Of a stretch of 64,000 nucleotides of DNA, positions 51,309-62,148 are shown piece after piece. The translations under genes were made by a program, and so were the position numbers. The DNA lies in the IMG/VR virus record IMGVR_UViG_3300034069_002149, positions 27,650 to 91,649 of that record, one strand, 5' to 3'. Source of the DNA: a virus. The stretch's first letter is position 1, and each line of letters opens with the position of its first letter. The notes beneath the pieces are model-generated. The model worked only from the letters and a program-made list of their open reading frames with translations, searched no databases and had not been told where the DNA came from.

Positions 51309-52287
51309 TGAGTTGATGGATGAGGCGATCCGGCTTGGGTTGATTCTGGATCGGCTTGCCGTCAACAGCACCGGTCGGGTCCTGGAGAAGCTGAACGCGC
51401 TCAGTGACGAACTGGCCGTTCTGATCATCAAGACGGACCCGACCGCAGTGGTCCGGGACAGCACACGACGCGCTCGACTGGAAGCCCTGGTCAATGAGAT
51501 GGACCGGGCAATCCAGGACGCCTACCGGCAGATCGGCTCACAGATCAGCGCGGATCTCGACAACGCTTCCGCGCTGACCCAGGACAGCCTGTCGAAGCTT
51601 CTGGCGCTGCTGCTGCTGATCAAGGGGCTGTCACGCCAACTCGACAAGCCCGCCCTTGTCTCCCTGAGAAAAGACACCTTCGTCTCCGGAGCCTCCATCG
51701 CGGAGTGGTGGGACCGGCAGTCCGAGGATATGCGCTTCCGAACCCGCCGCGCCCTGGAGGACGCCTTGCGCCTGACCCAGATCGGCAAGGAACCCGGTAC
51801 CGGGGATCTGGTTGGCGCGATCAAGGACACCTCTCCCGGCAGCTTGTTCTCCGCCGCTCCCCGTTACGCCCAAGGTCTGGTGCGCAGCGCCTATCACGCC
51901 GTCGCCAACCGGGTGCGTGTCGAGATGATCCTACGCCATCCTGAACTGTTCCGCGCCTTCCAGCACATCTCGGTCCTTGACGGGAAAACATCCGGTATCT
52001 GCCGCGCCAGAGCGGGAAAGCTGTGGACCCTGGAGGGTGCGCCAATCGGTCACACCCTGCCCTTTGCACGACCCGCGTTGCACTGGAATTGCAGGAGTCA
52101 CCTTATTGCTGTGATGAACTCCTACGGCAATATGCCTAGTCGAATACAGCGCCGGATCAGGAAAGAAGATTTCGACGGCAGGTCAAGTCCTGAACCTGAC
52201 ATCGAAATGTGGCTGGAAATTCGCGGAGAACAACGCGACCCTGGTCCGCTAGACTATCAAACCGCGAGGCAGCTTCTTGGTCTATGA
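51295..52287 (+). CDS. Minor head morphogenesis protein (SPP1 gp7/Mu gpF-like)
   Basis: SVLDGKTS.IC.AR.GK.W and P.HWNCRS motifs. Confidence 0.82.
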   Translation: MTANDELMDEAIRLGLILDRLAVNSTGRVLEKLNALSDELAVLIIKTDPTAVVRDSTRRARLEALVNEMDRAIQDAYRQIGSQISADLDNASALTQDSLSKLLALLLLIKGLSRQLDKPALVSLRKDTFVSGASIAEWWDRQSEDMRFRTRRALEDALRLTQIGKEPGTGDLVGAIKDTSPGSLFSAAPRYAQGLVRSAYHAVANRVRVEMILRHPELFRAFQHISVLDGKTSGICRARAGKLWTLEGAPIGHTLPFARPALHWNCRSHLIAVMNSYGNMPSRIQRRIRKEDFDGRSSPEPDIEMWLEIRGEQRDPGPLDYQTARQLLGL

Positions 52288-52320
52288 TCTGACCTATGCA
52301 AAAAAGCCAGGAGGAATATC

Positions 52321-53099
52321 ATGAGGCAGAAGGCCAAATTGCTTGCTGCGGGATGGGAGGGGTACAGACAACAGGTTATCCCCCAGTCCGCGTCGGAGGC
52401 ACAGATTAGCGAGTGCAGACGTTCGTTCTACGCCGGAGCGCATCTGCTGCTCTGCGACATTCTCGAACTTCTCGACCCCGGAGACGAGCCAACCGAAGGA
52501 GACCTGACCATGGTTGAGGATTTGCAGGAAGAGTTGGCGGAGTTCGCCATCGACGTTGTCCAGGGGCGTGCGTGATGGCGGAGAAGGAATGCGGCATCGA
52601 GGTTTATGGCATGGAGTATGCCTGCGACCGTTGCGGGCGCGGCACCATGATGAGATCGACTGACATCAGCCCAACCGAGAGCTTTCCGCCGCTCTACACC
52701 CATTACTGCAATAGCTGCGGCGTCATCGCTAAGCTGAAAACCGAATACCCGAAGATCCTCTACCGGATTTTGTCGAAGAACTGAGTTTTATAAAGAGGAC
52801 GAAAAACAATGAGCGGAGATTCCCAGGCGGGCACCAAACAGGTCGTCAGCTTTAACGAGGCTCGGGCGCATAGGGAAGGCAATTCCAGCCTGTGGACGCC
52901 CAAGGAAGCCGCTGAGAAACTGCTTCGTGATATCACGGAAGGTCGTAGAAACCCGACTGTCATGTATGTCTGCTTGGCCCAGAGCACAGGCGAAGGCACT
53001 GAGCAGATCTATCACTACTGCGCCGGAGGGTCCAACATGGAATACGCCGGTCTGTTGTCGTATCACCTCAGCGACCTGACACGCGATAGCGGAGAGTGA
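52321..53099 (+). CDS. Three hypothetical proteins: 52321-52575, 52575-52784 (CxxC), 52809-53099
   Basis: SD sites. The first resembles 23383-23646. Confidence 0.55.
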
Positions 53100-53432
53100 C
53101 CGCGTAGTCCTAGCCGTGTTTGGTTTTCTATGACTTTTTGCTAATCCGCTGATGGAAAGTCCTTGCACCGAAGGGCATATGACGGTATAGATCACCCCGT
53201 ATAGTTCCGTTCGAATCATGCCTTTCGAATAGGACGTACCCATCATTCCAGCCCCACGCTCTCAGAGCGCCGGGGCTTTTTTTGTGCCTGGGTCGGTTCC
53301 GCCGACGCCCGCCGAAGAATGGTGAGATCTACCGGCTGACTCTGTTGGCCGTTTTTGAAACCAGTCCCACGCCAGCGAAGCGGAGCGGAGCCGAGCCAAG
53401 CTAGGTGCGGGCAGCGACCGGAGGTCGTTTCA

Positions 53433-54299
53433 GTGCCGTCCACTACCCCCCTTCCCTACATTGTCGATACCCTCGATAAGGTCCCGGAGTCCCTGCGGGA
53501 TTACTACGCTGAAACCGAAGAAGGCGGCACCTTCCGCCTGTTCGTGGACAACGTTGTTCCCAAAGAGAAATTTGATGAGTTTCGGGGCAACAACACGAAC
53601 CTCAACAAGGAAAAGGCCGATCTCGAACGGCAGTTGACCGTCTACAAGACGATCAATGAGGACGCCGACAAGCTCCGTCAGGAATACGAGGAATTGACCA
53701 AGCTGCGCCAGCGGGTCAAGGACAAGGACCTGATCGAGAAGGACGGGTTCGAGAAGGCCGTTGAGCAGCGTACCCAGGAGATGAAGTCGGCCAGCGAGGG
53801 CCAGATCCGTGCCCTGTCGGAAGCGCTCAACAAGCGTGAATCCGAACTCGCTGCCGCTGTCCAGGAGAACGAGCGGATCATCATCTCGCGCGCCATCCAG
53901 GACGCGGCCCTTGCCGCCAACGCCATCCCCGGCGCGATCCCGAACATTCTGGATCAGGCAAACCGGGAAGGTTGGCAGTTGTCGGACAAGAAGACGCCGA
54001 TCCTGGTTCGCAACGGTGAAATCGTCTTCGGTGAGAACGGCGTTGACCCGCTGACTCCGAAGGAATGGGCGTCTCGCACGCTCCGTGACTCGGCTCCCTG
54101 GTTCTTCGAGCGGGCACACGGCATGGGCGCTATCGGTGCCAACATTCCGGGTGGCCCGGTCAATCCCTGGACCAGGGATAACTGGAACATCACCAAGCAG
54201 TCCGAATACATCCTCAAGGAAGGAACCGCGAAGGCCGAGGCCATGGCTCTTGCCGCTGGCTCGACTCTCAACGCGATCCATCCTCCGAAAGCAGCCTAA
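53433..54299 (+). CDS. Capsid scaffolding protein
   Basis: GGAGG plus GTG. Coiled-coil, C-terminal NPW...NWN.T.Q. Immediately before the capsid gene. Confidence 0.75.
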   Translation: MPSTTPLPYIVDTLDKVPESLRDYYAETEEGGTFRLFVDNVVPKEKFDEFRGNNTNLNKEKADLERQLTVYKTINEDADKLRQEYEELTKLRQRVKDKDLIEKDGFEKAVEQRTQEMKSASEGQIRALSEALNKRESELAAAVQENERIIISRAIQDAALAANAIPGAIPNILDQANREGWQLSDKKTPILVRNGEIVFGENGVDPLTPKEWASRTLRDSAPWFFERAHGMGAIGANIPGGPVNPWTRDNWNITKQSEYILKEGTAKAEAMALAAGSTLNAIHPPKAA

Positions 54300-54446
54300 A
54301 GCCTCTATCACGGACAACAACCCGCTGCCCTCCGGCAGCGGGAACCCTGAGCCGTGCCCGAAACGTCCGGTGCTGAGCATCGGGCTGCCCGGTGGGCTGT
54401 CTCCACCGATCCTACCCCAACCCCTCAACTCCACCGGGAGTAAGTC

Positions 54447-55430
54447 ATGGCGAGTACCCGCCTAGCAAACATCATCGTTCCGGAACGCTGGGTTCCCTAC
54501 GTTGTCCACAAGACCGCAGAACTGTCCGAACTGTGGACCTCCGGTATCGTCCAGCCGGTCACCGACCTGAACGGTTTCGTGTCCGATGGCGGCAATACCC
54601 TCAACATGCCGTTCTGGCAGGATTTGACCGGTGAGTCCGAAGTGCTCTCCGCCACGGGTGCCGCACTCAGCGTCAACCCGATCACCTCGGCCCAGGACCA
54701 GTGCGTCGTGATGGCCCGTGGTAAGGCATGGGGCGTCAATGAACTCGCCAGCGCCCTCAGTGGCGGTGACCCGGCCTCCGTGATCGGTGATCTGGTCGCC
54801 GCTTGGTGGGCACGTGACTTCCAGCGCACCACCAAGGCGATGCTGACCGGCGTGTTTGCCTCGGCCTCGATGGCAGCCAACGTCCACGACATCAGCGGCG
54901 TTGCCAACGGTCAGGCGATCACCGCAGTCGGCTACCTCGATGCCATCCAGAAGCTGGGTGACAGCAAGGACAAGGTCGTTGCCGTCCTGATGCACTCCGC
55001 CGTTGAGAGCCAGCTCGCCAAGCTGAACCTCATCGACTACGTCACCTTTGCCGATAGCTCGGTGCGTGTGCCCTTCCTGATGGGCAAGCGCGTGATTGTA
55101 GACGATGGCGTTACTGTAACCGGAAGTGGTGCAACGGCCGTATATGATACGATCCTGTTCGGTCCCGGTGCAATTGGTTATGCGGATGGCACTGGCACGA
55201 AGCTAACTCAGGTTGAAACTGACCGTGATTCACTCGCAGGAGAGGATTACATCATCAACAGGCGTCACTTCGTGCTCCATCCGCGCGGTGTTCGTTATGT
55301 TGGTGCAGCTATTGGTGGTGGTCCGGCTAACTCGGTACTTGCGGACGGCGCTTCTTGGGAGCGTGTCTACGAGCCGAAACAAATCCGTATGGTGCTCTTC
55401 CGCCATCGTCTGACCAGCGCCGCATCGTAA
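54447..55430 (+). CDS. Major capsid protein
   Basis: TRL..II.PE...YV......S.L..SGIV, MPFW.DL.G, R.KAWG..EL...L.G.DP...I...VA..W, RR.FVLHP.G. Confidence 0.88.
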   Translation: MASTRLANIIVPERWVPYVVHKTAELSELWTSGIVQPVTDLNGFVSDGGNTLNMPFWQDLTGESEVLSATGAALSVNPITSAQDQCVVMARGKAWGVNELASALSGGDPASVIGDLVAAWWARDFQRTTKAMLTGVFASASMAANVHDISGVANGQAITAVGYLDAIQKLGDSKDKVVAVLMHSAVESQLAKLNLIDYVTFADSSVRVPFLMGKRVIVDDGVTVTGSGATAVYDTILFGPGAIGYADGTGTKLTQVETDRDSLAGEDYIINRRHFVLHPRGVRYVGAAIGGGPANSVLADGASWERVYEPKQIRMVLFRHRLTSAAS

Positions 55431-55488
55431 CGGAAGCGCGTCGGGGTCCCGACGCCTTCCCCCTTCTGCAACGGTCAGGAGAACCATC

Positions 55489-57263
55489 ATGAGTGTGACC
55501 AGTTTCAACCGGTCCCGCCGCCAAAACGAGGCGCTGGCCGACGCGAAGGCGCGGGACGACGCTAAGCAGAACACCCCGCTCAACCACGCCATGGACGCCA
55601 AGGAACTGAGCAAGTTCGCTCAGGACCCGACCCCGGACATGGCGTCGCCGCCCTACCCCGATATCCGCAAGCTGGTCAACATCCCGTCCGGTTCGGATGT
55701 GGGCCGGGAGATCGAGGGTGCCCGCCAGTCGGAACTCAACAAGGTGCGCGTCCTCTCAGATGAGGCCCGCAACGAGTTGCAGAACGCCCATCTGCGGGAT
55801 GCCAAGACGAAGGCCATCCCGGATCACGACGAGGCCGGTCAGGACCGTTCCCAGGAGGGCATGGCTCCGCTCCAGGCCGAGGCGTACAAGGATTACGAAG
55901 ACCCGCGCGCTCCCCAGCACGACGGTCGTATCCGCGCCACGGAGGAATACTCCGAGCGTCCCGACGTCGATACTACGGCCTCCAAGAAGTCCGCCACCAA
56001 GCCGGTCAAGCTGCCCGAGGACGACAAGTCCGAGACGGTCGGCAAGATCGCGGAGAAGCATGGCAGCCGCAAGGTGCCGCGCGCCGAGACCGTGCAGGAA
56101 ACTGCCGTCGAGGAAGAGACCAAGGCGCGCAAGGAAGTCCAGGCCAAGGCCAAAGCTCCCAAGGAGGAACCGGCCCCGGTCAAGACCGCTCCCGTGGCTC
56201 CGAGTGCATCGGAAGCCAACAAGGAGTTTGCGACCAAGCCTGCTGAGGCTCCCAAGGTCCAGCCGGTTCAGGTTCCCGGTACATCTCCCAAGGAGAAGTG
56301 ACCATGTCAGACCAGCCCGCAGAAGAAACCCCGGAAGCCCAGCCGGAACCCCAGCCCGAGTCCCCGCCCGAAGGCGGCAGCCCCGCCCCGCTGCCGCCCG
56401 TCATGAAGCCGGACCAGACCACTGAAGACGCGCCGCCGTCGAAGACGGTTGGTGGCGCTCACGACCTGTCCGACCATCCGGCAGTCGCCAGCGGCAACGT
56501 CAAGAACGTTGGTGACACGGTTATCGGTCGGGACCCGAACGCCCCGGCTTTCCGGCGTCCTCCCCTGGAGGTTCCGGCAGAGCAGGGTGCTGTTGAGGCC
56601 GAGCAGAGCGAGGGTGAGCGCACCACCACCACCGCGAACCCGGCCAAGAAGGCGTCCAAGGGCAAGTCCAAGGGCGATGGCGCAGGTCCTGAAAGCTAAG
56701 GGGTTTCCCCCATGCCAGAGGATATCGGCGTCACCCTGGCCCGCCTGATTGCCTCCAATCAGATCGAAACGGCAACCATCACGGTCGTCCTTAAACCGGC
56801 GACCGTGACGCCGCCGCCATCAGACGATCCGGTCTGCGTCTTCAAAATCGGCCCTGTTTCTTCCAAGGAGTAGTCTTCCATGCTCGTTCTAACTGCGGAC
56901 CAGAAAGTCGTGCTGACTCCCTCCTATGAGGACCGCTACGGCAATCCGGCCCCGATTGACGGCCAACCCACCTGGGAAACCAGTGCTGACGGCATCGTGA
57001 CCGTCACCCCGAGCGAAGATGGCTTGTCGGCGGAAGTGGTCACGGTTGGTCAGATCGGCACCGTCCAGGTGCGCGCCACCGCCGACGCCGTGCCCGGTGC
57101 GGAAACCAAGCTGATCATCGGCGTCCTGGATATTCAGGTGGTCGGTGGCGAGGCCCGTGTCGTTACCCTCCAGGCCGGAATCGCCTCCTCGAAGGACGTC
57201 ACGGAAGACCCCGTTCCGGCAGACGACGTTCCAGAGGAAGAGAACCCGGACCCGGCACCCTGA
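55489..57263 (+). CDS. Post-capsid hypothetical/virion proteins: 55489-56301, 56304-56699, 56711-56874, 56880-57263 (Ig-like)
   Basis: AGGAG SD sites. First two are Pro/Lys/Glu-rich. Confidence 0.6.
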
Positions 57264-57289
57264 TCGGTTCCGGACGGGACTGATCCCAG

Positions 57290-59980
57290 ATGCTCCGCAG
57301 GATTTCCCGCCGCCAGTTCGCTCGCGCCTACACCGCCTCCCTTGAGGCGAGGGAAAGCAGGCTGAAACGGGCTGGTCTGAAGCCGGGGGAAAGCTACGAG
57401 AGCGGCGGCTCTGGCGGTGAAGCGCCGCCCCAGCCGACGAACTATGCTGTCCTGCGGGCACCCAAGGCGGTCGTCTCCGCGACCGGCGTGTTCACCATAC
57501 CGAACCGCGTTGGTACCGCAGCGCTGACCGCGCCCATGGCTTTGGTTGTGTCCAGCGGCAGCAGTACTGTGGCGATGGTCACCGGGACCGCCGCGATCAC
57601 CGCTCCAGCGGCGCGGGTGGACTCAGCCGGGACCGTGATTGCCGCGACGATCACCGGCACTGCTCATGCCCGCGCTCCGATGGCGGCAGTCGTCTCCAGC
57701 GGCTTCTCCGTGATAGTAGAGATCATCGGCAGCATCTCCGTCAGTGCTCCGATGGCGCGCGTGGACTCAAGCGGAACGGCTACCCCGGCCCTGATCACCG
57801 GCACGGCCCAGCCCCGTGCGCCGATGGCGGGTGTCTCAGCTTCTGGCCTCCAGTCCACTGTCACCCTGACAGAACTGCCAAGCAGGCGGATCTACCAAAG
57901 AAACCCGACCAGCGCCACGGTACCGCTCTCCGGCACCTATACCGGCTCTCCCGGAGCCATCGAGGCGCGCGTTGTAGACGCCACCACTGGGGATCAGGTC
58001 GTCGCCTGGACCACTGTGGCAAGCAGCCTGACGGGCGGCACCTGGAGCGGCAGCCTCTCGATCCCGCAGGGCGGCTGGCATCGCATCCAGCTTCGTCCGC
58101 AGATCTCTTCGACGGGCATCAGATCCGCGACCGGCAGCTTCGGGGTTGGAGACATCTGGATGCTGGCCGGACAGAGCCAGCAGGCATTGATGACAACCGC
58201 GACTGCCTCTGCGCCAACGCCGGACGATAAGACTGTCTACTTCGACGGTGCTTTCTGGTCTCCTCCGGGAGACGCCTCCGGTGCTGCGACCACAGGCGTT
58301 GCCGATTTCTCTTCCGATTTCTCCTTCGAGTTCGGCCCGAGCACGACCGGCAATGGCGGCATCCGGTTCATGAACCTGATGCGCAGCAATACCGGGGTGC
58401 CGCAGGCTGTCATCCAGGCCGCACTGACCGGTACTGCGATCAGCGACTGGGAAGAAACAGATCCGGCCTACCTTGCCGCCGTCTCGAAGCTGACCGCTGC
58501 TGGTCGCATTGCCGGTCTCCTGTGGCACCAGGGCGGAACCGGAATCACCTATATCTCCCGGACCAGCTACAAGACGCGGTTGACCAACCTGAGAACGGCT
58601 TTTGAGGGCGTTGCACCTATCGGGCGCTTCGGCGTCCTGCCGCTGATCCACCGTATCGAACCGACAGATCCGGATTACGATACCCAGGAAACCCGCCGCG
58701 CCCATTACGAGTACATTGCGGAGAACCCCAGCACGATCAATCTCGGTTGGGACCCGGCCCTGCCGCTGTCAGACAACGTTCACCCCACGGCGGGTGGATT
58801 GGAAAAAATCGCCTACAACTACGCTCATGCTCTTCTCTACAACATGGGTGTCGTTGCAACCAACAATCTCGGCCCGACGATTACCGGAGTTACCCGCTCC
58901 GGCGCGACACTGACGTTGACGGTTCAGCATAAATCCGGCACGTCCTTGAAGATCAATTCGGGAACGCAGGCAACCGGCTTCCAGGTCTACCTGAGAGGGG
59001 CGACCCAGGACGACGCAACTGCTCTCGCCATTTCCTCCGTTGCTCTCGGGACGGATACCATTACGATCACCCTGGCCTCAGATCCAGGCAGCGCGGTGGA
59101 CGTTTACTATCAGTACGGTCGGTTCGACAACACCTCCCCGATCTACGACAACACCACGGCCCTTGGCAGAACGGACGGCAACGCCCTCCAGCCGCTGATG
59201 TCTCCAGTGCAGTCCGTTGTCGAGACCGTCAACCTGAAGGCAACCGGCTTTGCCGGAACGGACGTCGCCGCAGGCAAGGTCACTTTTGCGGACTCCGCGT
59301 CCTTCGATATGCCGGACGCAGCCTGGACTCTCGGGTTCATGACGCGGGTGTCAGACAACTCCGGAACTGCTGGAAACTACGTCTTCTCGACGGGTAATTA
59401 CCAAGCGGCGCAAAGCCTCAACTTCCTGTTCTGGGAAGCCAGCAGCAGCAATCCGAATTCCGTTGCCTGCGCCTTTGCCGGAAGTGACGGCACGACCTAC
59501 AACGTCATTTCTACTGCCACGGCATCCGGTGCCACCAGTGCCCTGTTCGATGGGACCTGGAGATTGTGGATTGTCGAGCGGACCAAGCCCAATAGTTCCG
59601 CCACCACCTTCAACATCTACCAGATCCCGGTAAAGGGAACCCGCTCTCTGGTTCACACCCAGACCGCCAACTCGCTGACGACCATCCTTCCTCCCGGAGG
59701 AGCCAGCGGTGTTCCCACTCTCGCTGCCCGCGCCCTGTCTCCCGGTTCGCGTTATCTGGCTGGAGACATGCATCTGGCTTTCCAGATGGACGGCCTGCTG
59801 ACCCAGGCAGAGATGGAAAATCTCGCGGCTGGGGTCGATCTGATGACCGGTTTGAGCAAGACGCCGAAATGGTACGTCAAGCTTCAAGGGACCGCTACTT
59901 CGATCTCTGACCTGTCTGGCAATGGCAATACCGGCACGCTGAGCGGGACCGTCACGGAAGTCGCTGGCCCAACCTTCTGA
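57290..59980 (+). CDS. Virion fibre/spike protein with SGNH (SASA/CE6-like) acetylesterase and LamG-like domains
   Basis: Six AP(M/A)A.V.SSG repeats, GDIWMLAGQS, GLLWHQG, SDNVHP, C-terminal concanavalin-like region. Confidence 0.72.
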   Translation: MLRRISRRQFARAYTASLEARESRLKRAGLKPGESYESGGSGGEAPPQPTNYAVLRAPKAVVSATGVFTIPNRVGTAALTAPMALVVSSGSSTVAMVTGTAAITAPAARVDSAGTVIAATITGTAHARAPMAAVVSSGFSVIVEIIGSISVSAPMARVDSSGTATPALITGTAQPRAPMAGVSASGLQSTVTLTELPSRRIYQRNPTSATVPLSGTYTGSPGAIEARVVDATTGDQVVAWTTVASSLTGGTWSGSLSIPQGGWHRIQLRPQISSTGIRSATGSFGVGDIWMLAGQSQQALMTTATASAPTPDDKTVYFDGAFWSPPGDASGAATTGVADFSSDFSFEFGPSTTGNGGIRFMNLMRSNTGVPQAVIQAALTGTAISDWEETDPAYLAAVSKLTAAGRIAGLLWHQGGTGITYISRTSYKTRLTNLRTAFEGVAPIGRFGVLPLIHRIEPTDPDYDTQETRRAHYEYIAENPSTINLGWDPALPLSDNVHPTAGGLEKIAYNYAHALLYNMGVVATNNLGPTITGVTRSGATLTLTVQHKSGTSLKINSGTQATGFQVYLRGATQDDATALAISSVALGTDTITITLASDPGSAVDVYYQYGRFDNTSPIYDNTTALGRTDGNALQPLMSPVQSVVETVNLKATGFAGTDVAAGKVTFADSASFDMPDAAWTLGFMTRVSDNSGTAGNYVFSTGNYQAAQSLNFLFWEASSSNPNSVACAFAGSDGTTYNVISTATASGATSALFDGTWRLWIVERTKPNSSATTFNIYQIPVKGTRSLVHTQTANSLTTILPPGGASGVPTLAARALSPGSRYLAGDMHLAFQMDGLLTQAEMENLAAGVDLMTGLSKTPKWYVKLQGTATSISDLSGNGNTGTLSGTVTEVAGPTF

Positions 59981-59994
59981 TTGGATGAAATCTT

Positions 59995-60408
59995 ATGGCT
60001 ACCAAACTTTCAAATTCCCTGGCCGATGCCAAGCTGGCTGCCGTCACGACTGCCTGCAATACCGGTTACCTGCGGATTTACGACGGTACGGAACCGGCTA
60101 ACGCCAACATCGCCCTGTCCGGCAATACCCTGCTGGCGGAGTTGCGTTTCGGCAGTCCCTCGTTCGGAGCGGCGGCAACCAGCGGATCAGACCGCGCCAT
60201 CACAGCCAATGCCTTCACCCAGGACGATGCGGCAAACGCCACCGGCACAGCGACCTTCTTCCGCGCCTTTCAGAGCAACGGATCGACCGTGGTCTTCCAA
60301 GGAACGGTCGGCACCTCCGGACAGCAGCTCAACCTGACATCAACCTCGATTGTCGTGGACGGCCCGGTTCAGGTCACCTCGATGACCTATACCCAGCCAA
60401 CCGCGTAA
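59995..60408 (+). CDS. Virion structural protein
   Basis: G.LRIYDGT.P........L.E......F..A..G motif typical of phage structural genes. Confidence 0.65.
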   Translation: MATKLSNSLADAKLAAVTTACNTGYLRIYDGTEPANANIALSGNTLLAELRFGSPSFGAAATSGSDRAITANAFTQDDAANATGTATFFRAFQSNGSTVVFQGTVGTSGQQLNLTSTSIVVDGPVQVTSMTYTQPTA

Positions 60409-60461
60409 GTGTGCCTTTTCCCTCTTCACTGCGCCCATGATCTTCCCACGGAGTTTGCCTG

Positions 60462-60881
60462 ATGGCCGTTGATACCATCGCGGGGCTTAAAGCCAAAATG
60501 CCCGCCAATACGCCCGGTGGAACGACCATCGCGGACATGTATGACTTTCTCGACACCGTGGAGGATCGCACGTCCCAGGCGGTCGTCGTCCAGACTGGAA
60601 CGACCTACACCGCAGCCCTGACCGACAATCGCAGGCGCATCACCTTCGACAATGCCGCCGCGATCACCTTCACCATTCCCAACAACGTGCCAGTCGGCTG
60701 GGAATGCCTGATCATGCAGCTTGGGGCCGGGGTCGTGACCGTCGCGGTGACAGGGGGCAATCTTCGCTCTCGTGACAGTCACACCAAGACGGCGGGCCAG
60801 TACGCTCAGGCTTACCTGTGGTGCTACGCCAACGCGGGAACCGCGCCGCAGATCGCGTTCTCCGGCGATACGGCTGTCTGA
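60462..60881 (+). CDS. Putative fibre adaptor, copy 1
   Basis: Paralog of 61732-62148 (MAVDTIAGLK.KMP...DTVEDRT.QA...TDNRR...SRD.HT.TAGQYA). Confidence 0.65.
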   Translation: MAVDTIAGLKAKMPANTPGGTTIADMYDFLDTVEDRTSQAVVVQTGTTYTAALTDNRRRITFDNAAAITFTIPNNVPVGWECLIMQLGAGVVTVAVTGGNLRSRDSHTKTAGQYAQAYLWCYANAGTAPQIAFSGDTAV

Positions 60882-61651
60882 TGTTGGGCCGCGCTCAAAT
60901 CTCGGCCCGCCGCAAGCTGCTGTCGGTCGTGCCAATCTCCATTGCGCTGTTTTCCACAGCCTACGGAGATGGAACCACCAGTATCGACACCACAGCCCAA
61001 ACGATATCCATTGCCTACGGCACCACATCAACCGGGCGTCGCGCCCTGGTGCCGGTGGTTGTCGGCAAGAGATATCGCGTCTCATGGACCTATACGGGCA
61101 CGACCGGCATGCAACTGTATGCCGGAACAGCGGCGGGCGGCTTGCAGTACCGCCCCAATATCGCCAACGACCTGTTCTTCGATTTTACGGCAACCACGAC
61201 AGATCTTCACCTCGGGTTCCAGCGGATTGCTACGGGCACGACCACTGTTAGCAATCTGACGATCCAGGAAATCCCCGCCGTGACCTGGGCGGATACTTCG
61301 CTGATCACCCCGGCTGGCTGGGTCAGTATCTCTCCCGGCGTCACGATAGATCAAACAACCGGAGCGATGACCATCGCTTCGACCGGAAGCCTGCTTTCTG
61401 CCAGACAGGGTTTTACCACCACGGTCGGCAAGCTCTATCGGGCAAGGTGGAACAACAGTATAGCCGGTGTCTTCTGTCTGATCGGAAGCAGTAACGGCGG
61501 CTCTCAGATGAAATCTGCGGCTTCCAGTGACTCGTCTGGGGACAAGACCTACGAGTTCAGGGCAACCACGACTCAGAGTTGGCTTCAGTATCAGCGCTCG
61601 ACTACCGGCACCGCCGTCGTCTCGAATATCTTCGTCCAGGAGACCGTCTGA
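60881..61651 (+). CDS. Putative fibre/decoration protein with two internal beta-rich repeats
   Basis: TGATG coupling. Repeated VGK.YR..W...F.ATTT.....QR..TGT..VSN...QE. Confidence 0.65.
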   Translation: MLGRAQISARRKLLSVVPISIALFSTAYGDGTTSIDTTAQTISIAYGTTSTGRRALVPVVVGKRYRVSWTYTGTTGMQLYAGTAAGGLQYRPNIANDLFFDFTATTTDLHLGFQRIATGTTTVSNLTIQEIPAVTWADTSLITPAGWVSISPGVTIDQTTGAMTIASTGSLLSARQGFTTTVGKLYRARWNNSIAGVFCLIGSSNGGSQMKSAASSDSSGDKTYEFRATTTQSWLQYQRSTTGTAVVSNIFVQETV

Positions 61652-61731
61652 GCGGCTAGGCCGGTACTCAGCGCTCCCTCAGATCGCTCCGACCTGGATG
61701 CGTCCCCCCTTTTCCCAGCCGGAGTGTTCTG

Positions 61732-62148
61732 ATGGCAGTAGACACGATTGCCGGACTCAAGACGAAAATGCCGCTCTCTGTGGCGGCTGGAACGTCAGTG
61801 GCCGATCTCTGGGACCTGATCGATACCGTTGAGGACCGCACCACCCAGGCCCTGGTTCCGGTAACCGCCAACTACGGCGTTGCTCTGACGGACAACCGCA
61901 GAAAGATCCTTGCCACCTCAGCCGCCGCGATCACCATCACTCTGCCAAGCAACACGCCCGCAGGCTTCGAACTGACGCTTATCCAGATGGGCGCTGGAGC
62001 TTCCGTCTTCCAGGTCACGGGCGGCACCCTGCTGTCCAGGGACAATCACACCCGAACGGCGGGACAGTACGCCGTCGCCTTCCTCGTCTGTGTCTCCAAT
62101 GCCGGAACCGCTCCCCAGGTCATTCTGACCGGCGATACCGCGCCATGA
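61732..62148 (+). CDS. Putative fibre adaptor, copy 2
   Basis: Paralog of 60462-60881. Confidence 0.65.
   Translation: MAVDTIAGLKTKMPLSVAAGTSVADLWDLIDTVEDRTTQALVPVTANYGVALTDNRRKILATSAAAITITLPSNTPAGFELTLIQMGAGASVFQVTGGTLLSRDNHTRTAGQYAVAFLVCVSNAGTAPQVILTGDTAP

Noticed and set aside
53100-53430. Possible tRNA or ncRNA upstream of scaffold (GTTCGAATC at about 53207)
   Set aside because: No cloverleaf could be built. More likely a terminator (53248-53283) plus late promoter/leader.
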